This document shows, in pieces, positions 26,580 through 37,260 of a stretch of DNA of 64,000 bases. The stretch covers positions 1-64,000 of the forward strand of contig NW_003314267.1 in NCBI RefSeq assembly GCF_000143415.4, in the 5' to 3' direction. The stretch comes from Selaginella moellendorffii. Its lineage: Eukaryota; Plantae; Lycopodiophyta. The notes under the pieces were generated by a model that saw only the letters and a list, made by a program, of their open reading frames with translations, did not search any database and was not told where the DNA came from. The position numbers were made by a program, and so were the translations under genes. Positions within the stretch are counted from its first letter, which is position 1. Every line of letters begins with the position of its first letter.

Positions 26580-28419
26580 ATGGCGCCTTTAGCGACATTG
26601 TATGGCAGGGACGTCACGTTTGCGGCGCCATACCGTCCGTCGCCTCCGGCGCCCTCTCAAGCCCTAATTTCTTGGCAGGAAAGGGTGGAAGCTCCGGCGG
26701 CATCGCATTTCTTCGCGGGCCTCCAGCAATCCACTCGATTGAGCGCCAGATTCGCCGCCAGCGATCGCAGGATCCCGCGGGAAAGGGATGTTACGCCCAG
26801 GGTCGCGGAGATCGACAGAGTTCTCGAGGTAAATGGGGCGTTTCTCGGCGCCAGCGCCAAGCCGGCGGCGGCGGAACTGATTGAGCCCGACGGCGGCACG
26901 CTGGTGGATCTGCTGGTGCCGGATTCCAAGGCGGCGGAGAAGGAATCCGAGGCCAGGGGTTTGGTCCAGGTGAAGATCGGCCAGATCGATCTGGAGTGGA
27001 TCCATGTCGTGAGCGAGGGATGGGCGAGCCCGCTCAAGGGATTCATGCGCCAGGCCGAGTACTTGCAGGCGCTGCATTTCAATTCGCTGCGCATGCCCAA
27101 TGGACTCCTCGCGAATATGTCGATTCCCATCGTCCTGGCCATTGACGACGAGCAAAAGGAGAGCATTGGGAACGCCAGTAGCGTAACGCTCGTTGGTCCC
27201 CAAGGCGACATGGTGGCTATCCTCTCCAAGTAAGTGCTTGTCCATTTCTTTAGTCCATTTCCACCATGTCCAAGTTTTTGGTGGTTTGTGCTGCTTCACT
27301 GATTGAGCTTGTCGCTATCTTTCTTTTTTCCACTAATCTCTAGTTTGCTCTTTCCAGCATCGAGATTTACAAACATAACAAGGAGGAGCGAATCGCGAGG
27401 ACTTGGGGAACCACTGCTCCTGGCTTGCCTTACGTCGACGAGTCCATCACCAATGCGGGTAACTGGTTGATTGGAGGGGACTTGGAGGTTCTCAAGCGCG
27501 TCAAATACAACGATGGCTTGGATCACTACAGGCTCTCGCCGATGGAGTTGCGTGCCGAGTTTGCGAGAAGGAAGGCCGACGCGGTGTTTGCATTCCAGCT
27601 GAGGAATCCGGTGCACAACGGCCATGCGCTCTTGATGACGGACACGCGACGGAGGCTGCTGGAGATGGGGTATAAGAATCCAATTCTACTGCTCCATCCT
27701 CTTGGTGGCTTCACAAAGGCCGACGATGTTCCTCTCGAGTGGCGTATGAGGCAGCATGACGAGGTTTGTTTTTTATTTCGCGGCGTGTTTTCTACGTTCT
27801 TACATTTGTCATTGTCTTTGTGAAGGTTCTCAAAGCAGGTGTGTTGGATCCAGAGACAACGGTGGTGGCAATCTTTCCCTCGCCAATGCATTACGCCGGG
27901 CCAACGGAAGTCCAATGGCACGCCAAAGCTCGAATCAACGCGGGTGCCAACTTCTACATTGTTGGCCGTGATCCGGCAGGAATGGGACACCCCATTGAAA
28001 AACGTGATCTGTATGACGCGGACCACGGGAAGCTGGTTCTCAGCATGGCTCCTGGATTGGAGCGCTTGAACATCCTTCCTTTCAGGGTAACGTTCCTTTG
28101 TGCTCGTGAGTTGCGGAAACTAACATCTTGTTCACTTCTCTTTTGGATTCAGGTGGCGGCGTATGACAAAACGAAGAGCAAAATGGCGTTCTTTGATCCT
28201 TCGAGACCTCAGGATTTCGTCTTCATCTCTGGGACCAAGGTTTGTGCTCTTTTTATTCTCCATCGTTTTAAATTAAGGAGCTGTCTGGAAATGCAGATGA
28301 GAAACTTTGCCAAGAGTGGCGAAAGTCCACCAGACGGGTTCATGTGCCCCGGGGGCTGGAAAGTCCTCGTTGAATACTACCAAAGCAAAGCCAAGGAGGC
28401 AACCGCGACGTCGCCATAA
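26580..28419 (+). CDS. APS: ATP sulfurylase (sulfate adenylyltransferase), plastid-type precursor
   Basis: Transit-like N-terminus, then [65 protein letters not shown] and ISGTKMR. Five exons. Stop at 28417-28419. Confidence 0.97.
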
Positions 28420-28706
28420 AAACTCCTGGTAAACCGAGGGGGGAGGGAGAGAGACTGCCGCAATGATCTATCACTTATAGCAAGGATGGATCCAACCGAA
28501 GTTGGAGCTCCGTCCAGAGCAAGCAAGCATCCTAGTGTACAGGAAGAGCAACAGAGCGCATTTCAATTCATATTGAAATGGATGCTTTTTCCATCCAAGT
28601 CCATATGTCCGAGATGAGTGAGTCCGAGAAGGTCCGAGAGAGGTGATACAATGGTTAACAGGAATGGCTGTCTCCTTTTCTAGCTTACAATCCGAATGGT
28701 TTTCTT

Positions 28707-30977
28707 CTAGGAAGCAAGGATCTCTCCTACTGTGAGGCAGTGCAAAGATCTTCTCGCTTCCACCATGGGTGTTTGCGGTGCCTGGACAAGGCCCACGACG
28801 TGCTCGTCTTCCTCGTCCTCGGTATCGTGCTTCTTCTTGAACGGCAGCCGCGAGAGATCGTCCTCGTCCTCGACCCGGAGATCTTCGTCAACTTCCTCTT
28901 GGTCGTGATCAAACTCTCGCGGAGGAGCAGCGGCGGCGGAGGAGGAGGACCTTGGATCGAGAGAGGATGGCGGGCGGAGCTTGGTGGTGCCGGGATTGCT
29001 CTTGCCGAGGTGGAGGAGGGCCGAGTATTGGTTTTGGAGCTGGAGGATCTCCTTGGACCGCCGCGAGTTCTCCTCGAGTAGCTTGAGGCTGGCCTTGATC
29101 ACCTTGTGCATGATGTTCTTGAGGTCCTGGCGATCGCCGCCATGGTTGCCAGCCGCGAGCTCCTCGCTGTGGATCCTCAGCACCCTCTCCAGGACGTGGG
29201 GCTGGCACAGGAAGGATGGGTTGTTCAGCGCTCGATCGTGCACTGCCGGGCTCAGCTTGTCGCAATCCACGAGCCGCCACAGCGCCTGGATCTCCTCCGC
29301 GGCGTCCTCGCGATGATCCGCCATGGCCTTGGAGAGCATCCGGTCAATCGAGGAGTAGAGCGAGTCGTGCGATGCGCGGGACTGCGCCGGGAAAGCCGAG
29401 AAGATCTCCACGAAGTGCTTGGGCGTGATCGCGGGCGGGGTCTCCTCCGCGAAGATCCACAGGCAGCCGTCCACCTCCGCCGCTACCTCCTCGAGCTGCT
29501 CCAGCGATTCCTTGCTCCCTCCATCGCAACGATTCTCCACGAAATGGGTGACGAGGGAGAGTAGCGTCGGCGCCGAGAAGCGGTAGCTATGGAGGTAGTC
29601 GTCCAGCTCGTGGAGGCTGGCGCCGATGCGCTGCTCGAGCTGGGAGTGGATCCCGCGGAGGCGCGGCCAGATTTGGGAACCCAGTTGCGCGATCTCGACG
29701 CCCACGTGCTTGGATCGATCGCCCACGCCCGCATTCCAGAGGGGTCTCTCTCGCTCGAGCGCCAGGAGCTCCTCGACGTGCTCCAGGAGGCTACACCAGT
29801 ACTGGGAGGAGAGCTCCAGCGAGGAGGAGCGGCGGAGGAGCATCTCGGCGAGGGCGATGACGATCCAGCAGCGCGCGCGGTAGCCCGAGGAGGAGGACGA
29901 GGGCGGCGATAGCGATCCACACTCGTCGCGCAGGACGTGGGAGAGCCACGCGCGGACGTTCCTCCCCTGGCGGCACTTGAGGCTGAGATTCACGTCCGCC
30001 TCCACCAGCGTCGCCACCAGCGGCGCCATGTAGAGGTCGGGCAGCCGCGACGCCATGGTGACGAGCACCTCGGTGAGCGAGCTACACGGCGAGGAAGAAC
30101 AGTGCCAAGTCGTGGTGGTGGTGGTGGCGGCGATGGCGGCGGCGGCGGCCTTGGGCGGAGCTGTGGACGGCGAGCCGGACGATCCGAGTGTCGAGGAGCC
30201 CGAGGAAGTGGCGGCGCCACCAGATGCCGCGGCCGGGCATTTGCTGCCACCCTCGAGAAAGCCTCTTCCGGCGCTCTTGGAGGAGAGATTCCTGGGGAGT
30301 GGCACGGAGACGTGCTTGGTGTCGGCGAAGGCCTTGGTGAGCGCCGAGGCCAGGACTTTCAGGCAGCGCGACTCGATGTAGTCGTCCACGGCGGAGTCGC
30401 CGAATCGCGAGTAGTGCTGGAGGAAGCCCGCGCACGACCGCCAGTGGCTGAAGACGCTCGTGTAGAGGAAGCGCTTGGCGGAGTCGAGCAGGTCGGGCAT
30501 GCCCAGCTCCGCCGCCACCGATCGGACTCGCGCTACGTTTGAGAATGTGAAGGCCGGCTTGATGAGGTAGCAGAAGTCCGCCGCCGTGGAGAAGGCGGCG
30601 GCGCCGCCTAAAAGGTGCCCGAGCTCCACCACTACTCTCTCCCACTGGATCTTCTTCCTTGCACTCTTGCGAGAGCTATCGAGGATCTCTCCTTCTCCTC
30701 GCTCTACTTGGTGGTGGCTTTCTCCTCCTTGTTCCTCTTCTTCTTCTTGGTCTTGGTTGTGGAGCTCGCGGAAGAATGAGGAAGCGTTTTTGAGTGGAAG
30801 AAGATGGAGATTAAACTCGGCCGAGTCGCCAAACCGGACGAGCACGTCGCTATACTCGCCTGTTCTTCGCACTCTCTGGAGCCATCCTCCAAAGCTGCCG
30901 TTGGTATTACCGCTAGATTGCTTGCCCGTCCCTGCTGCTACTCTATCGCCCCCACCTCTAGAGTGATCTCCGGCCAT
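28707..30977 (-). CDS. BTB/POZ protein with NPH3-like domain and coiled coil (divergent NRL-like), intronless
   Basis: 756-aa GC-rich ORF. BTB start YSDVLV..F.LHLLPL..AS.FFR and GGAAAF..AADFCY. NPH3-like RASHDSLY.SID and LVDCDKLS....RAL.N. Coiled coil and acidic tail at the C-terminus. Confidence 0.85.
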   Translation of the reverse strand: MAGDHSRGGGDRVAAGTGKQSSGNTNGSFGGWLQRVRRTGEYSDVLVRFGDSAEFNLHLLPLKNASSFFRELHNQDQEEEEEQGGESHHQVERGEGEILDSSRKSARKKIQWERVVVELGHLLGGAAAFSTAADFCYLIKPAFTFSNVARVRSVAAELGMPDLLDSAKRFLYTSVFSHWRSCAGFLQHYSRFGDSAVDDYIESRCLKVLASALTKAFADTKHVSVPLPRNLSSKSAGRGFLEGGSKCPAAASGGAATSSGSSTLGSSGSPSTAPPKAAAAAIAATTTTTTWHCSSSPCSSLTEVLVTMASRLPDLYMAPLVATLVEADVNLSLKCRQGRNVRAWLSHVLRDECGSLSPPSSSSSGYRARCWIVIALAEMLLRRSSSLELSSQYWCSLLEHVEELLALERERPLWNAGVGDRSKHVGVEIAQLGSQIWPRLRGIHSQLEQRIGASLHELDDYLHSYRFSAPTLLSLVTHFVENRCDGGSKESLEQLEEVAAEVDGCLWIFAEETPPAITPKHFVEIFSAFPAQSRASHDSLYSSIDRMLSKAMADHREDAAEEIQALWRLVDCDKLSPAVHDRALNNPSFLCQPHVLERVLRIHSEELAAGNHGGDRQDLKNIMHKVIKASLKLLEENSRRSKEILQLQNQYSALLHLGKSNPGTTKLRPPSSLDPRSSSSAAAAPPREFDHDQEEVDEDLRVEDEDDLSRLPFKKKHDTEDEEDEHVVGLVQAPQTPMVEARRSLHCLTVGEILAS

Positions 30978-32640
30978 AGCTCCCTCTACACTGAGATTGA
31001 TTCTCTACATACACTCCAAAGTTCTCTCTACTCCTCCATTTGCTTGGAAGGATTGGAACTCACTCACTCACCTTTGCAAAAGTCTCTGTTCTGTGACTCG
31101 TTTTTTCTTCCTTGATTGTTGCTCTTTTCTCGCTGATCTGATTGAGAGCTCGCTCGCCCCGATTGATTCTTTACAGTTTTTCTACTTTCTAGTTTGGACA
31201 GCAAGAAAGGAAGAAGAGGAGATTGTTGAGCAACGGCTGCTATGGCTAGTATGGAATGTTATTTTGAGAGCTATGCTATGGGGGAGTAAACGAGGACAGT
31301 TATCATTTATGGAAAGAAAGCTTAATACGCCTACATTACATTCATTCCTTTCTTTCTTTCTTCTTCTTGGCCTTTTAATTAATCTTCTTCTGACAATTTG
31401 TTCTTGAGATCATCGTCCACCAGAGCTCCAGGTACAAATTCAATTTTTTTCAGTTTTTACTTTTTAGCTAATTTTACCAATATTCTATTAACTAAGTATT
31501 ACTTTTTATAAATTAGTTATTGTTAATTCCTTTTGACTGGGAAGTGATTCAAGGAGACAAGTCACAGCGTAATCCAGTTTATTGCGCTCTTGACAAGTGA
31601 GATCTTAGCCAAAATAATGGAGAGTTTGATTTTGATTGATCTGGAATCTTGACAACAACTATGATTCGCAAGGCGCCTTGACTTTGGACCGGGGATACAA
31701 AACCAAAAAGAGTTAATATAACCAAAGGTGGCTATATAAATCAGAGCTTTGATCCAGGCTAGGCACGCACAGTCGTGTGTACTTCGTGGCTTGATTGATC
31801 ATGGATGTTCTTCCAGACTATTATTCACTAGTGTTTAAAAAAGGACTATTCCAGTTCCAGCCCAGCGCTCCAGCAAAATTTTGTATTTGCACCACCAAGT
31901 TGCGTGGGTTTTCCCTCCACGAGTGTCTCAAATCCGTGAAACATGGCAGGCACCTCTGGATGAAAGCACCACAAGCAAACAAAACTAGACAGAGAGAGCG
32001 AGAGGAGCGCGCGAAAAAAAGAGATAAGATGGTCTTTTGGTTCTTGAGCTACAGCTCTGAACTTAAAGCCAACCTCCTTTTCAGTTTTTCTCTTTTGTTT
32101 TTCGAGCAGTAGCAGCAGCAGCAGCAGCAGGAGCGTCAGTGGCAACAGAAGAAGCAATCAAAACAAGCAAAGCGATCAGCGAAGCCTGCAAGACGACGTT
32201 CCATACACACACCATCGACAAAGAACCGACAGCGAGGAGCTGATGACGGGGGACTCGATCTCACGCGGCAGAGCAAACAAAGGCAAAAGCAAAAGCATCC
32301 TCCAGGAAATACAAACTAAGAAAAAAAGATAGGCTAGACAAACAGTTAGAGTGGCCAGCCCAGAAAAATGGCTCCATTCAATGAGAGACCACTCTCACAT
32401 CACCATTGCGCGAATAAATACCGGACAAGGAAACCAAAACGAGAAGAACGTTAAAGAAGAACCTGTACGCGCTGCTACCAATTAAGCTTGTGATGGAGAA
32501 GTAGAACCGTAGCAGTCCTGCAGAGATGCGAGAAGAAACGTGTAAGTCATTGAGCGTTTCGTCGAGGATAGAAGAGATAAGCGAATGCGACTTACCAGGC
32601 TTCTTGCGAATCCCATGGGCCGGCTTGCTCGCTCGCTTTC

Positions 32641-33434
32641 TCACTTGGTGAGTAAGTGGACCTCTTGCTTCCGATTGACAAACTCGAAAGGACTGCTGTA
32701 CCCGGCGTAGTAGACTTTCTCGCCGTTATACTCGACGTCATCCTTGTCCAGCGCTTCTTTCAAGGCCTTGAGCCTCTTTTCGTAGTCGGGCTCGGTTGGA
32801 AAGCCTCCGAAAGGCCCGGACACCGCGTAAGTATGTTCTCTTGTCTCCAGGAACTTCACGTTCTTGTCCATGGGCTTTGGGAGGTCCTTGTGAGACTTAA
32901 ATCTGCCAAGGAGTACAACAGTAAATGTAAGCTCTGGAGAGTTCTGACGCACCTGCTTGGTGCATAGAAGGAGATTTTGTATCCTCCACGCTCCTCGTAG
33001 GGATGAACCAAGACCGGGGCAGTCATTTCTATGACCTCGCCTTTCTCATTCTTACCAGAGATGTAGTAAAAGAGACGGTAAAAGCCCACGGAAACCGCTG
33101 CCGAGTAGGATGAATTTGCAACCAGAGTCTCCACCCACACCTGATTCGTAAGAAAAAGAAAAAAAAAATTGTTCTGTTAGTAGAAGAACAAGTCAAGGAA
33201 AAACAAAAGGCAAGAGTTGTTACAGACCTGTCCCTTGGGATACTTGCGGAGCTCGTAGCCGTTCTTCCTTGCCTCGATCTTGCAATGCGGGGTCTCAATT
33301 GAGAGCTTGGGTCCACAACTCTCAGAGCCTTCAGCTGAATAGAGCTCCACAACCTGTTCAAACCCACTGGAAGGAGCAGCAACCGCGGTGCTCGCGATTG
33401 TCAGCGCGACGAACAATACTACAAGCCTGGCCAT
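32641..33434 (-). CDS. SOUL heme-binding family protein with signal peptide, 3 exons
   Basis: IETPHC..YELRKY, GFYRLFYYISGKN, IEMTAPV, AGYSSPFEFVNRKQEV. Hydrophobic N-terminus MARLVVLFVALTIA. Confidence 0.93.
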
Positions 33435-33581
33435 CCTGTCTTGCCACAAACTTCTCCGCAAAATCTTGATCTTTAAACTATTTTAGAACCGTTATCTACA
33501 CGTGGATGCTGGAGAGCCAGCCACCTGACTACCCTTGCTACAAGACGTGGCGAACAGAGCAAGGGAATTCTTACCCGTTTA

Positions 33582-35939
33582 CTAACTTACTGTAGCCACG
33601 TAGGAACCGTCTATGCACTTGATCTGTCTGATCGACCCCGAAGCGAATGTTGAAGCCCGACCGAAGCCCAACTCGTTACATGCAGCTTCCTCGTGAAGCT
33701 GCGCGATGTTGAGACCTTCGCTGAGTGGCTCTGTAGTGAAACTAAAAGAACCAGATCTTGTTTCAGTTTGGTGCTCAAAAAAACTAAAAGGAACTACTTA
33801 CCTTACTTCAAAAGTCTCTTTGTGGAGCCTCCTCAAGGCAACACACAGCCTGGAAATCACCCATGGTGCCAAGCACGTAGCTTTTATCTCAAGGCTATAC
33901 GAGTTGTTCGTGGACACGGCAGATCCGTCAATGACCTGCATCTGCTTACTGCACACCTGCAGCTTTCACGTCAATAAACATGATGCATTGGACTGGTCGA
34001 TGCAAAAACACCTGCCTCGGGGACTTTCAACGATGCGTTATGAAAGGGAACTGGGGAATAGAGTACAGGTACATCAGCACGAGTCATGCTTCCCACAAAA
34101 AATCTGGCAGAAAGTTCCTCAATGTGACGTACATCATAAGCACGCATACCTGTAGTTCAACAGGAAATCATACAGGCGGTGGACGCTTTGGCTTCCGTTA
34201 AAAGCTAGCAGAGATTGGACGCTATTGTCAACTGCAGCCATCGAGTCCACCAGTCGTGTCTGTTAATTTTTCAGCAAAAGTCACCTCCCGTTTCATATCA
34301 AAACTTGTCAAAACTACCTGCCCAGGATTCAACTTCTCAAACTCAGAGAGTTCTTGAAGCTCTTCTGCTGACGCAGGCTTTGAGTCCAGTTTGCACAAAG
34401 GCATTGAAAAGCTTACACCCTTGTCAAGAAGTTTGACAAGTTTCACGATATACATTTAAAGAATGAGCATACATACTTGTTTTTGAAGAAGAGCACGAAG
34501 TCCACGAGTTGACCGTGAGAGATACGCACAAATTTGCTCCTGTGATCTTCCGCACAAGAATGCTACTACAAATTGGGAACCACAAACTGCACGAACGGCA
34601 GATTAAAACGTGGACAGAAATGACACCTTACAGTAAAAAATGTTGCAGAGCTTGTTCCGGAATGCATAGTACAGAGAATGAAACGAATCTTCCCAGTCAC
34701 GTTGTCTTTGTTCCAAAAACGAGTTTCCTGCTAAAACAAAAGAAGAAAGGAAGAAATCAGCTGACTTTCGCAGAAACTGAAAAAGAACAATACCAGCGCG
34801 AGCTGCGGGTGACATTAAGGCAGAAAGAACTTCTGGAGGAAATGAAAGCTGAGGGTAAACCCAGGAATGCAAGCCTTTCCAGAAATCACTTTCGACTTCT
34901 GACGCTTTGTGACCGTGTGGATTTTCTACGCCTAGACCAGATTCTATAAACTCCTTCAACCCTTGAAACTGATTTTGTACACCAAACCTATGGCACCTGT
35001 GATCAGAAGCATAAACCTTAACACCAAACCGGAAAAGCATAACGACCGAAAGCTCACCAGTGAAACGATGTACAGGAAAGAAAACGAGCAGTAAGCTTTA
35101 GAGTGAGATCTAGTGGCAATACTGGAAGCTTTTTCGTCCTCTGGTTGTCAAATTCAGCAGGCGCGGATGAAGACCTGCTAATTGGACGAGGAACTTTCTC
35201 AGGCGCCTTGATCACTGCAAGAGCTTTTATAGCTTCCGCCTGTTCAAAGGGATGTTAGTTGAAACACGAAACTGAAAAACAAAAACTACCATGTCCACGG
35301 CTGGAGACGCTTGTGGCTGCTGTATTCTACAAGAAAGCTCAGCGACATTCTTGAACTTTGAATTGCTCGTCGATGCCTCTCCTTGATTCCTGCACAGAAA
35401 CTCAACTTTGAAACTCAGAAAAACTAACAGCACAAAGAAAAGAATCATCACTTACTGCTTAATTTCTTTCCCTTTTGTAGAGTGTTCGTCCTATATAAAT
35501 GTATCCTCTTTAAGTTCTAGCGATCGAAGAGAACACGAGAACTTACTTTGTATTTGGACAAGCTAAACTTGGGCTTTTCAGCAGACTTGGTAGGAGCACA
35601 CACATCCGAAGCGCGCGTCTCAGAAAACCTCGGCGGCTTTGGTGCGTCGGGCCTGTCAAAAACCAAAAAAAAAAAAAAACAAAAAAGCAAAGCATCTCAT
35701 CCATGACGCTTGAAATATCCAAATGCCGCTTGCGTACCTTTGCGCTGAGCCAGCATCCTGGCTATTGGCACGTTTGAGTTGCTCGCGCTACAGATCCGAT
35801 TAGCATCATCTCACGAAAGAAGAAACGGGGGACAAATTCTTACCCGCAGTTCCGACGGAGTCTTGCGCTTGCCTAGCGATGGCGATGCATCGCTCTCGGC
35901 ACCAGAAGCAGCACGATCCGCACCCCCCCGCCATTCCAT
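33582..35939 (-). CDS. DONSON: DONSON (downstream neighbour of SON) homologue, multi-exon
   Basis: Spliced translation gives KRKTPSELR.EQLKR, LHSWVYPQ, W.DSF.SLYYAFR..LCNIFY, AYLSRSTRGLR.LL, GVSFSMPL, V..LYDFLLNY and DVPVLYSPVPF. Stop TAG at 33582-33584. Confidence 0.88.
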
Positions 35940-36189
35940 GCGCAAAAACCCTAGGGGTGTGCGCAAGCCCTATAATTTCCCTCCAATTCTCACTCTCCCG
36001 CCAATACATACAATTTGTTTGATTTGAGGTTTCACCGCTGTCATTGGCTCTGGCGTGAAGCCGAGTTGAGACCTCTTCTCGATCAGATCGCGAAAGACTT
36101 GACACAAGGAAGATCAGTGGCTTGTCCAAAGAACTCTGTTCTTCCTGCGGAATTAAACGATAGAGCCGGCTTTCTCATCTTTAAAAACG

Positions 36190-37035
36190 TGAATTTTACC
36201 TCCATTCAAGGCGGAGCCAGGCGAGTGACTGCTGCAAGCCTGACGAGAATGACCATCAGGCACAGAAAAGCGCAAATGCAAACGAAATACTCACCCAAGA
36301 CTTGAACATACTGTTCACATCCTGCCTTGATCCACAGACTCATGAACTGCAAAAGAAAAACCCAAGGAGATGAGAGAAGGAACCAACGAACCGAAGCACC
36401 ACGACTTCTTCTCCTGGTTTGTATCTTGGCACTCTCGTCCAGCACTTAGCACCAGTGTATATGTTGACCATGAGCACGTACGCCATATCGAGCTCCAGAA
36501 ATGACTCAAAGGCAATCCTCCCCGATAGAAGTCCCAGTGCAAAAAAGAAATGTTACTTCCAAACTTGATAAAAATCTCCTTTGGTAGTGACAATTAGAAA
36601 CTAGAAAGCTCACTGGAAATCTCACACTCTTGCAAAAAAGCTTCGTCATCGGAGAAACACGATCTAGACACAAAGCGGATGCCTCAGGACTAGAGAGCTG
36701 TTTTAATACACCAAATAATACGTGCAAAGCTACTGTAAAACCTCAAACCTTGACTTAGCTCGAGTTGAAAACCAAGCAAGCATCATTGGCACCCGGCTAT
36801 GCTTTTCCACTGCTTGTGTTTGATCCACACACTCGGCTCTTTGGCACTGTCCTTAGCGTCAAGGCCTGGAAAAACTAGTATTTGCCAGATCGAGAGAGAG
36901 AGATCAACAAAGTTTTGATCTCGAAACAAACATCGAATCGATCATCTCACAGGCATTGTAGCTACAAGAAAGAAAAAAGGCGAAAGATCATAAGCACGCT
37001 CCTTGAAGGCAACAGATTCGTGGCCATTTCCATCC
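36190..37035 (-). pseudogene. Small multi-exon gene or pseudogene of unknown family
   Basis: A series of short exon-like blocks is bounded by GT/AG and pyrimidine tracts. I could not assemble a confident continuous frame or find a known motif. Confidence 0.3.
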
Positions 37036-37059
37036 CTCTGTTCAAGGCCCAGACTTTCA

Positions 37060-37260
37060 CTATCTAGTTGCTGCTGCCAACTTCATTGCTTCTTCGTTCG
37101 CAGCCAGGTTTGAACAATTCGGCTCACAGCCCGAGGCTTGCATTTGCTGAAGTAAATCCAGAGCTACGTTGCCTTGGCCATTGTTAGCATATCCCAGGAT
37201 GAGAACATTCCGAAGAACGAAGTCGGGGCTGTGGACTTTGTACATGTACTTGAAGTGTGG
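37060..37260 (-). pseudogene. Pentatricopeptide-repeat (PPR) gene fragment
   Basis: PDFVLRNVLILGYANNGQGNVALDLLQQMQASGCEPN resembles one PLS-class PPR motif (PDVVSWN.LI.GYA.NG....AL.L...M...GC.PN). Truncated on both sides. Confidence 0.75.

Noticed and set aside
28727-30966. Many overlapping alternative-frame and antisense ORFs over the BTB gene (also over APS, the LEA_2 genes and Aux/IAA)
   Set aside because: These are an expected by-product of high GC content and codon bias.
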